This document shows, piece after piece, positions 11,871 through 23,392 of a DNA stretch of 64,000 nt. This DNA comes from Trichosphaerium sp. ATCC 40318 (lineage: Eukaryota > Protista > Tubulinea): assembly GCA_038496445.1 (NCBI GenBank), contig JALMLS010000143.1, positions 1 to 64,000 on the forward strand, read 5' to 3'. The translations under genes and the position numbers were made by a program. Numbering within the stretch: the stretch's first letter is position 1; every line of letters starts with the position of its first letter. The notes beneath the pieces were generated by a model. That model saw only the letters and a program-made list of their open reading frames with translations, was not told the DNA's origin and searched no databases.

Positions 11871-13358
11871 ATGTCTAGAAGGAGTGGAAAGAAACCAAAC
11901 AAGAGAGGAGGCAATAAACCTAATAACAAGAAAAAAGGCCGCGGTGGGCGGAATAATCCAAAGGGGAGCGCATCTCGCCAATTGACAATCGAACAGAAAT
12001 TATCCAAATTCTACACAACTGAGAAAGGTTACATTACGCCACAGACGCACTAAAATACTCAGTGAATTACTAGGCGTTGACGATGAAACGAATCCACTTC
12101 GTATAACATTACCGGCAGATAATTTCCCAGCAGATTGCGTTCTACGGCATGAAGACGATGAAGAAACAGGTACTAACATACTTTTACTCAAGTGTATTTT
12201 CACAAAACCGAAAACGATTGAAAACTGTGTTTAACGTGTATTCACGCTCTTGAATCCGTTTTAATCGACCGTAGAGGGCGAAGGAGGCGAAATTAAAGAA
12301 GTTCAACAACCATCTGCCATAGATTGGTACTCACTCAGTACAAAGCACTGGGAGGTATGTTATCGTATATTTACATGCGTATTATACTAATAAAATGAAG
12401 GATCAATCATCAGACATCAATGGTATGCTTGGAGGATATGACAACGTTTCAGAAATTGTGCGTTTTCTTCTGTTCAAAAAACTCTATTTTGCACATGCAC
12501 TGATAGTGCAAATAGGATGCCAATGGATCTATTGCATTTGCTAGGTTGTTTTTACAAGGTAAAGGAGTCACAAAGATTAAAAGAGGACGTACAATTGGTA
12601 AGACAACATGCGAAGCAAAGTTTTTTGTTTTTTTTTTTGGTTGCTTATTAAATGGTTGTCTACTAGATTGTGGTGCTGGTATTGGTCGTGTTGCAAAATT
12701 GGTATTATCAAAACTCGGATTTGAGCATCTGGACCTACTAGAACAGAACCAAACGTTCTTGGATTATGCTAAAAACACACATTTAAAGGGAATTAAATGC
12801 ATTGATAACTTCATTTGTGATCCTCTTCAGGTAATTTTTTTAATTCGAATCCTTTGTTAGTACCACGGCGCATATACTCGGGTTCTTGCTAAGTAGAAGT
12901 ACTACTATGCAACTGATAGAGAACGTTGGCATTTTTTGTGATTTTACACAACTTTTCTTATTTCTTTCTTACTTTTTTTTTTTCTCCAGACAGCTAAATT
13001 AGAAGAAAAGTCTTACGACCTTATTTGGATACAATGGGTTATTATATACCTTACAGATAGAGATTTAATATCATTTTTAAAAATGTGCAAAACAGCTCTT
13101 TCTGACACTGGTACGAAGAAAAAACAGTCTGCTTTCTTACAACTTTTTGTTTATATTTTTTTTCTAGGAATCATTATACTCAAAGATAACGTCCATAGAA
13201 GCCATTTTATTCTTGATACTCAAGATGCTTCTGTAACACGTTCCGATCGCCATTTAAAACTAATTTTTGAGGCTGCTGGATTAAGGCTTGTAAAAGAGAA
13301 GCTACAAACAGATTTTCCAAAAGAATTATTGCTTGTTCGTATGTTTGCATTACAATAA
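11871..13358 (+). CDS. NTMT1: N-terminal Xaa-Pro-Lys methyltransferase (NTMT1/Tae1) with basic N-terminal extension
   Basis: GMLGGY, DCGAGIGRV (SAM motif I), YDLIWIQWVIIYLTD, LKDN, DASVTRSD, FPKELLLVRMFAL. Confidence 0.92.
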
Positions 13359-13565
13359 GAACACGTGATACAACATAAAAAAATAAAGCTTTCATTTAAA
13401 TAAATACATGGCATACAAAGTAATATTACAAAAAAAACCTCTCCCACTACGATACACAATCCACAAGGCAGCAAACTATTTTGGACAAATTATCCTAAGA
13501 ATGCCATTTTTCATGTCTGCACCCTTTCTTTTTCATAGTTTTATCATTTGTATGTTCAAGTTTCG

Positions 13566-16500
13566 TTAGTTGAAAGAATCTAGGAATGTGATCCCTACAA
13601 GGAACGCTGTTCTGAGATAGTGGTCCCAGTGCAAATTTTGTTTGCGTTCAACGAAATTGGGTATATTAACTATATCCTGAGCCTTATCCGTCACTGTTGT
13701 TCTTTTGTATTTACGCGCAAGGTATCTGGCATCCATAGTACTAGCTAATTAAAACCGGTTAATCAACCTCAAAAGCCAAAAAAAAGATAAAAAGATAGTA
13801 CAATAAACAAAAGTATAAAGGTTCGCCCATTTTTCGTTTGATCTTAATGATTTTAGTAATATATCTGCAGCTTCATCTTCACCGTCATCTTTACGATATC
13901 TATTTGTGATAATACGTATCTTATTAGGTGGGCAAAAACCTGAAAACTTGTTTAACCAAGCAATCAATTCCTTCGTTGATGTCATTTGAATGACCTGCAG
14001 AAAGCAATGGTTACAAATATGATTCGCTGAGAGAAAGAAGATTGGATTTAGTTATGTGCTAGTACCTTTGTTTTAATGACGTTTTCTTCAACTTTATCAG
14101 CCAGTATCTGGTTTTCTGTTGACATGTTATCATCAACCCACAGAATAAGACACGCTGCCTCACGCCAACTCACATCAAATGACATGTCTGCATTGCTACT
14201 GGTGCGAGTATAGTAAACAAGGTAACGAGGAAGTACCTAAACGATCAAACCAAGTTAGGCTAACAAAAAAGAGAAAGTTGAATAAAAGAACATGCTTGGT
14301 TCTTTGAGAATACTACAATCTCATCAGCATCTGGTTTTTCGTCCATCTGACAAGGAAAGAATATTGTAGCATTTGCTTTGTTTTTCACAACAGCATAGTG
14401 AGAATCATACCCGGGCTAACAATTCTGTTATCACATGTATTTTTAGAACGGAAGGTTTGACATGCCTTGCATCCTTTACCAAGAAGACTCTTCGGATCTG
14501 CTGGATTTGGATCTTCAGTGACTGGATAAGGCTTTCCCATCATGACCCAAGAAATCAACATACACTTCTCTTTTGGTGACTTTTCCATTTCAGCGTATAT
14601 GGACCCTTTATAAAAAATCACGTGATTAGCAAGACGTCAATCAATCACGTAAACATACCATAAGAAGGGTACTGAGTGAAATAAATGCCTTTGCCTTTGT
14701 TGAAAAGTTAGCGGTTGTGATGCAAATCACGCGACCAATGAGTACCGAAATAACCAGGATCAGTTTGTTGCTTGAGCTCATGTGGCTCTAAAAAATTATT
14801 GGTGGCAATCTGGTAGCTCACGTCCTTGATAAATATAATTTAGCAGCGACAAAGATGGTTAATAACAATGTACTTCAGATGTTCCATGAAAACCAGCTAT
14901 GAGGTTTATGCCTTCATTTCCGGATATACGCATAACATAATTCTTAAGGTGCGATTTTACCCTTCAAATAATTAGCAACAATAACATGGCGCAAAAAGAA
15001 CAACACTTTGGTGACACGTTTCAGCGTTTTTTATGATTTGTTAATAACCGTACCACCGTTTGTGTGGCGTCATATCTTTCATAGAGTGTAAGTAATTGAC
15101 AACAATACTAAACATACCTTCATTTTCTATGTCTCCCTTAGTATCTCTTTTGATCGTCTTTTCCACAAAGGAATCGTATGACTCTTTGAATTTGCCTTCA
15201 AGTTTCGGATTATCAAAAAATACAATCTTAGACACATTAAAGTAAGAGTTCTTGTTTGTGCCAACAAAGTTATAGAACATATTTCTTGCTCTAATATACT
15301 CTATTTGACGTTCCTATTGATTAAAAAAATGCTTGTAAGAAAAATCAAATGTCACGTGCTCTGATAGAGGTTCTTAACGTACAGGAATAGTCTCATCGTT
15401 CAAAAGTGTTGTGAATTTCAATAAACCTTTCTTGTTCCATTCTCCTTTGTTGTAAAAAGACTGACCAGAAACAGAACCCCATAAGTTCATGCGAGTATCT
15501 GTAATTATTGGATATCCTCTCTCTAAATCGTTTTGGTTCACAATTAATCCTGTTTTTATAAAGTCAATAGCAACTTTGTAAGGAAAGAGTTTTAGTTGTC
15601 TCACCAGTTTTGGTACACTTGTACAGGCTTTCTTCTACTGGGACAAAGCATCCAGTTTGTACAGCAGCAGGACATTGTAAAGTTACTGTAGCTTCAATCT
15701 GGTTTAGCCAGTTATCCATACATTCCTAGATGTTTTGTTAAAAAGACAAAGATTAGCTTGAAAACAACATACTCTCCATAAGAAAGGAACAATCCCACGA
15801 ACAACTACCTTTAGTGTAGCCCCTTCAAAATACAATACAATCATGTTGCCGTAGAAGTCTTTTAATATCACTGAATTACAAAAAAGCTTGTATTTCGTAT
15901 CGTGATAGCCTACAACAACATAAGAGGCTGTAAAAACAAAAACGGTAACTCACATCTTAATTGTATCTGTAAGTCATTAAATGATTGTATAGAGAGGTAC
16001 TCGGATGATATAATAAACGCCATGTATGACAACTCTGATTGTACTTGTTCCTGTCGGAAAGAGAGCATTAGTTGAAGCGGTATGTCATAATTTGATGTAC
16101 GTAAGGAATGACTTCAGTGAGTGGTATTGTATGCAATGTTGCTTGTACTTCATCATCAACAATTCTTGGATCACTTCTAAACTCGTATGCTTTGGTAGTT
16201 TTTGTCATTACACAGTATTTGCCGTTCCTCTTGACATCTTCACCTTTTTCGCTCTTTGCTTGCTGGCCTTCATTGATCTTATATACATAACAACCCTGGG
16301 TTTCAGACACAGGAGGGATGTAGAGCATTTCAGCAGTTGGCCGTAAAGACATAATAATATAGCCCTTGCACCCGTATTGTTTCTAATGTTTAAGTGAGTA
16401 TTGAGGGCAGTATTTCATTGGTGCTAACGAACCTCCTCTGCTTGATTTAGCTTGACACAAAACTTTAAACTTACAAGAACGTTCATAACTTCTTCAGCTT

Positions 16501-19500
16501 GCTTGTTTGTTAAAGAACAAGCAACTGTAAGTCTTTTAAGTGCTTCTTCTTCTGTGAGTATAGGTGTATTAGATCTTATCCCATCGTCGTTTATTAATCG
16601 TTTTAGATGATCTACAGGACAAACAAAAGCGCCCATAGCTTTTGATACAAATTGCTGGTTAGTGCATATGATACCAGAAAACTAAAGTGATGTATTAGTG
16701 GTGGACCTATTCGTCAAGATTTTTATGTACACTATCAAGCATTATTTCTCCACAGTCATGTAAGTTAGTCAGATTAGCCGCAACTTCTACTGGAGCCATT
16801 CTAATGTATCTATCGTCTGAGTTTATTTTAAGACATATATCAGATCTAAACAGACAGAGTCAGAGATTTTCTTGGAAAATATTGTGAAGATGGCATACAA
16901 TTTCATGATTCCAGTTGTAGTGTCCTGTAGCTCGCTGTTGAAAAGATGATGCAAATTGAAGGTTAAACAACGATATAGCGCTACTTGTTTTTTAATAACT
17001 TTTCTAACATCTTGAACGTTACCAGCTTAAAAAAAAGGAGTGTTAGAGAAATGTTTGGTTTTCAAAAGGGGTACTGTGCAGGTTGTTAAACACTGAACTT
17101 TGATTTGAACCAAAAGTTTGAATAAAAACGTAAGTACGTCAAAAACACGTGATTTCTTTCGAAATACAACGTGTGTTCTGCAAAATGTTTGACTCTAAAA
17201 AAACGGTTGCCAGGCCAACAAGCGTGGTTTTGAGTGGCGATAAACATTGTTTGTATGTACATGTGTCTTGTTTACGCCATCGCCACGTTGATGATGATAT
17301 ATTCTGGAAAGATGATGCGAATACAATCTTAATATATCCGTCGTAGTATTTTTCGAGTACAGCTTGTAGTGTTTTACCGATAGTTGTCCTATTACCACCA
17401 ATAACATCTACTTTTGTACAAACAACGATGATTCTAGAATTATGACCTTGTACGAATACCTTCCTGAGAAGTTGTAGCCAAAAAATCAAATGTTCTGTTT
17501 GCTGTGATAGACGTAAAGATACATCAACCTAAGATAAAAATGGTACAGTCAGTTGTAACACGCAGTCAATTAATGGGTAAGCCGATAAGAGAAAATAAGA
17601 AACTTCAAGTTAGTATAGAAAACCCACGCACTGCTATGAGGTAGATGCACATTTGTTTTGAAAAAAAGTAGTTGTGAACAGGTATATACTCAGGCTTTCC
17701 AGAAAAGTCTATTACATTAATCTGAGTACCATCAAGCCTTTAAAAGATACAGATTAGTTGAACTGTAAACCCAGTCGAGATTGCTTACTTCCAGGTGGAT
17801 GTCTCAAAACCAATTGTAGATTCAGGTAACTTTCTTCTAATTCTCCAAAATCTGCTTGTTAACTTATTGACCAGGACACTCTTTCCTAGTGGCGCCAAAC
17901 AAGTTAATATTTATGTAAAGATACAGACATTGTACCTGAGCCGGCGTGACCAAGTACTAGTAGCTTCACCGGGGATTGTGAGTTAATTTCATACTCGACA
18001 CCTAATTCTTGTCCAACATCAAGCCTTTCATGCTTTCTATTGTACATGCATTCCTTTCTACAAAGTGCTAACGATTCAAAAGATTCCAAGTCAACGGGAA
18101 CAACCTTTGCTCGTATTGTCCTGCCAATAATGGTTGCTAAAACAACATTAAAGTCAATTATTTCCTTCAAAAAAGAAACGCACAAAAAAAAAGAAAAAAA
18201 GAGGAAAGGTACCTCGGAATAATGATATTCGAGCCGACACAGCACGAACAATACAAACGCGCTTAATATTCTGCCATTCCGGATGTTTCATAAGCTTTAC
18301 TATTTCAGCAAATACCCATTCTTGTTCCCAAATCTGCAAAATTATAATGTTGTACTTCTTTGCGATTTCATTGTTCCTTGCCATATCTATCATATAGTTG
18401 CTTGCAGTTACAACATCAGCGTTAAAAAGATAAACGCTATTAAGGACTTCAAACTTCATGGCGTTATCAGTTATAACCAAAACTTTAGCTCCTTCTAAAG
18501 GCAGCTCATCATATTTTCTTTCAGGCATTGGAATTCCTTTAAAATAACCAGTGCTCATATCAATCAGACCTCTGCCACTGCCCAAGCTTTTCTCGGGTAG
18601 AATTGATTTGCCATCCATCCTCAAATACGTATGCAAACCAGTCCATTGAATAATTTTCAAGAGTATAACCTTAAGGGTACAAAAGAGTCAATATTTCGTT
18701 TTTTTTTGAAAATCAACTAACGTACCTCAAAGGGTACGTCATCATCCTCAAAGTACATCATATTATGATGTTGGGCAACCTTAAAAGCTTCATCATGTGA
18801 TACTACTCTTTTTTCACTGCCTTGAAAACTTGTAATACCAACAAGAAACTTCTACAAAAAGAAGAAATTAAAAAGTGCAAGTAATGAAGTTGATTTTTCT
18901 GGTTTATTAGGAGCAACAGAGGACAAGTAAAGCTCTTTGTTAGTAAATTTTATCTTATTTTGTGTTTATGATTTACCAATATTAATATTGGTCGCACGTG
19001 CTCATTCACGTGAAATATTTGACAAATTCAAAAAAAAACACAAAAGCAAATATGTGTCGTTTTTTAGAGTCCTTGAACGCGTACGGAGCATGGATAAGCT
19101 TCTATTCCATCTTGACTTAAACTTCTTTGCAATGCTGCAAGGCCTGTTTCTATCTTTTTTTTCACTTCTTCAAACGTGTGACGGTGATTTACATCAAAGC
19201 AATATATAAACCCACAATAACCAAACTTTGCGTCGAAATATGAAATGGAATTTTTTAATTTAAAAGTAACTTCTGTACCCTTGTAGATGACTTTTGAAGG
19301 TATCTGTTCACTGTTAGAGCGTACTTTAATGGTTTAAAGGTATCAACGCACTTTTTCACTGTTGTCTATGCATAAACAAGCTTGTAACGTGTTAGAATAT
19401 AAAAATATAGCCGCGTAATGTTCCTTACATGGTTCTTTGGCGTTGTTATCATTATACACAATATTCAGCGATAATTTAACGCTACTATAGAATCTGATTA

Positions 19501-19520
19501 CGTTTGAGTCTTCCATTTAT
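13566..19520 (-). CDS. Roco-family protein: degenerate Ras-like domain + Roc GTPase + COR + PARP-like ADP-ribosyltransferase + receiver-like domain (5' end uncertain)
   Basis: Roc: KLLVLGHAGS|GKS, STIGF, VIDFSGKPEY, CTKVD; COR-like HDCGEI; ART: AGFHGTSE, DPGYF|GKGIYFTQYPSY, DADEIVVF..Q|VLPRYLVYY; receiver-like LILWVDDN...IRIITNRYR; upstream GFIYCFDV..RHTFEEV and RVVSHDEAFKVAQHHNMMYFE. Confidence 0.75.
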
Positions 19521-20164
19521 TTGGTGCGCGTTATTTAGTAGAGCTTGTACACAAGTAGATCGGTTAAATACACAATTATACACACTACGACACTGCTTGC
19601 GCTCGTATAAACATCAAGCAACGAGTGGTTAGTGCGTACAACTGGGGAAACTAAGTGAATGTTCCACAAACATTATTGTCAACACTATTCTGGAAAAACC
19701 GTTAATTGGTGATCGCTGATAATCAATTAAACTTGCAACCTGTTGTTAATAACAGCTTAAAGGTTTTGGTAACAAAAACGTTTTCAGGTATTTGTTTTGA
19801 TTGTAGTGTTTTAGAAAACTCGCAGATTTTCGTATTTGTTGGTATTACTTTACAACCGTGAGTAGCTTGCATATTGTCCAAAACAATTAGCCTACAGGTA
19901 AAATACACGCGTAGGAGCAAACGTTTAGTGGCTTTCTACAGGGAGTTGGTATTTTAACTAGCACAGGTCATGTTTTATTAACTTTCCATCAGTGTTTAAT
20001 GTCACTCTGACGCTGGGCTAAAGACATACTAAAGAAAATATGAAAACGTGACATAAATTGTCGCGCGCCCACGTAGTGGTTCATACTGGTCTTAAAATGT
20101 GATACTCAAAGATCCATTATTGGAAACAAATACAAGGCCTACAGACGTGTAAAGTTTCTTTCCA

Positions 20165-23100
20165 ATGAAGCTATTTGTCTTCTGTTGTATTGTAGCAAGC
20201 GCAATGGCTTTTAATCCTGACGCTGGCTTCATACCTTCGTATACTACGAATGGGATAGCTACAGGTACCTTTCACTTCATCAAACACTATTAAGAACTTA
20301 GTAATTTTCAAGCTACATCTCAATTAAACCCAACTGTTCCTCCAAAGAACGTACTTGATGGAAACATCGATACAGGTATTGTAAAACGACTCCTATGTTA
20401 TGTCAATATAAGAAACACTTAGATTGGATCAGTGCTGCGTGTTTACCAGTAGGATTCGTTGTCAGACCCGACATAAATTCATTGATTGGCGCGTGTGAGA
20501 AGGGACAGGCACGTTCCCATTTTATTCGAAATATTACAAGAAAGTTCCACTCGGGAAGACTTACCAGCTTTGTATAGTGTTCTTCGACTGATCAATCTGC
20601 CAACCTGACAGCGATTACTACTGGAGACCTTGGTTCTAAAGGAACTCAAATAACAGTTGTTAATAGTGTCGCTCAGTTTTCAGTACTTTTCAACAAACCT
20701 ACAAATGTAAATGACTTTGGAGTCAGAGGTGGCGTTATGTTTTTCGCTTACTGTTGACTCAGACACTTTAGGCGTTTTCCCAAGCACTGTGTATGCGTAT
20801 GCTATTACTTCGGATGGAGAGAGTGTCTTACTAGGACAGTATACTCAAGCTCAAGATCACGCGTTTCAGAAAAATACACCAATTATAAACAACGTAAAGA
20901 GTTTGCTGATAAATTCTTCGGCATCTTTCAGTCTTAATCAAATAGCAATCACGAACCAACAATGTTATGACCAGATAGTACGCGGTTGTACAGGATACCA
21001 CTGAACGTATTAATTTCAACTAGACAGTAGACTTGGGGTCATCTAAACGAATTGGGCGTTTATTTCTTAGAGCATACAGTCTAGCTTCTTCGGAGATTGA
21101 AGTGTTGCTAGGAGATACTCAAGATGACCTTCATAAAGTTATGTCAGTACTACCTTCCGCGCAACCGGAGCTAGATTACGTTCTAGTAAGTTTACCATCC
21201 TTTTCGATAGCACGTGTTTTAATCTGCGTTAGCCGTCTATTGAGAATTCAAGATACATTGCTTTGAAACACATCGTTACAAAGGACTATGCGAAAGTATC
21301 AACACAGGTTATCGATGCTTACGATGAGCATGGCCCTTATGGTCCTCCAAGGAAACCTTTATTTAACCCCAACACCTTCAATGCGTTAATAGGGGTCAAC
21401 GGTATGACTTTGTATCTCTAAATTGGTAATCACAATTTAAGGTATTTACGGATGGGGAACAGGATTTAGCTCGGCTATTTTAAAGAAAAACACTTCTGGT
21501 CCTCTTCTCTATAATCAAGCTGTTTCGAAAGCCAGGAATTATCATAACCTACTTTGGGATGTTCTTACACCTAATCATATACCAGATTATAAAAAAATGT
21601 CAACAGGTAACGGCACAGAATCGAAATCTTGGTTGAATTGGGACGAAGAATATGGTGCTTGGAAAGTAAGTTGTTTTTCTTCTTTTTTTCTTTGTTTTTT
21701 AATGTACTGAAAGAGTGCTGGTATATCTGTGGATGCTTCAATTTCTTTTGCGAATCAAGGTGCCACTGCTGTGGATAAATGGAATGATCCATATCAGGAC
21801 GCCTACAATTATGGTGCGTGAATTTTTAGAGAAAGCTGTATTAACTCTGCATAAAGGAAAAGCCTATGCCACTTGGTTTGGTCCTAATGCAGTTGGTAAA
21901 GGAAAGAATTTGGTAAAACGAATAGAAGGTAACTATGGTATAGCAGAGTAATTTAGTAACCCTGTTAGTCGGCAATGAGCCATGGAGATACCCGGCTGAT
22001 TTTTATTCGACTGTTCTTACGTACTAAAGATGATACTCTACATACTTATTCACATTTGTATAGAGGAATGGCAAAAGGCGCAAAAGATGCCAATACAAAT
22101 ATGCAAGTAATACCTGGTGCTTTACAAGCAACAACTAAAGATACAGATCCAACAACGGTAAGCAACATATACAGCAAGATTAGGTTGATTATTGTTAGGG
22201 TGGTAGTTATGTAGGAGGCTGTATTACAGAAAAGAATGCGCAGTATTTAGATGGGCTAAATATACATGCATACTCTCATTATAGTAACGCGAGTAATACG
22301 CTTGTTTCAACATACCCTGAAGACCCGTAAGCTCTGAACTATTGTTCCTATTTTTTTCTAACGAATCAACAGACGTTCCAAAGTAAATACTATACGCAAT
22401 ATGCTGCAGTTCCGTGACATCAACTTCCCAGGCAAACCAGTTTTTTTAACTGAATGGGGGTAGCGAGCGAATAATGATTTCCTGCTTTATTCTTACTATT
22501 CTACAGATGGGACACAGATGGCGTTGGTGAGCCATGTCATCCTGACGTTCATCATGCACCATGTGTTTCCGAACTGGCTGGATCCAACTATGGATGTACG
22601 TAAGCATTGTGACTAACTTTGAGCCTTATCGTTGTTCTAGTGCGTGCGCTACTTATTGCTGCACGTGAAGGAATTTCAAAGACGTATTGGTACTTTTATG
22701 CTAACTTACCAAACTGTGCTGGTCTATTTTGTAGAAGCGGTTTAACAGGATCTAAAAACGTTCACTACGCCAAAAAAATGATATTCTATAATTTGCAGGT
22801 AATACTATCATTTTTCTTTAATTTATGGATTTTCTCATAAGGCAATATCCAAATTAATGGGTCCATGCACTTTATTGATGTCATCCAAGAAGATACCAGC
22901 GCATACGTATATCTACTAGCTGATGAACAACGTACTCAAATAATATCAAGAGAAACACGTGTTGAATACCTTTTTTCAATAGAGCAACCTGCTGGACTTA
23001 TTGCATGGCTTCCAATCAAGGGAGACTTACCTACAACCCGCAACATAACAGTCAACGTTCCTAACTTAACCGTCAAAGAGAATTATGGTTGGAGGTTTAC

Positions 23101-23260
23101 AAGCGAATCAACTGGCGCTGTAAAAGACTTGAAAGTAAGAGAAATAATAAGCCTGTTATAACATCTAATCATTTCTTTGTTTTAGGCGTTTACAACGAAT
23201 GGGAATTCATGGACATTGATGTTAACAGCTGCCCCAATGCTAATAGAACTTGGGGCTTAA
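20165..23260 (+). CDS. Secreted clan GH-A glycoside-hydrolase-like protein with N-terminal F5/8C (discoidin)-like domain
   Basis: Signal peptide MKLFVFCCIVASAMA; KNVLDGNIDT|DW (F5/8C-like); VGNEPW (acid/base), LNIHAY, PVFLTEWG (nucleophile). Many short introns. Confidence 0.7.
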
Positions 23261-23392
23261 TAAAGCTCGCGTTTCCTTTAAAAAAATACAGAATCCCCCG
23301 AACTTTATCTTTCTATCGTCTCAGGGTTGGACTGCTAATGCGCTGTTGGCACTCTTAAATATTTATTGTTTTGTTACTAGAGTGTTATTATT

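Noticed and set aside
19100-19170. Apparent in-frame TAG suggesting stop-codon reassignment in the Ras-like exon
   Set aside because: Recounting the 8-nt homopolymer gives an open frame; TAA, TAG and TGA all end genes normally in this window.
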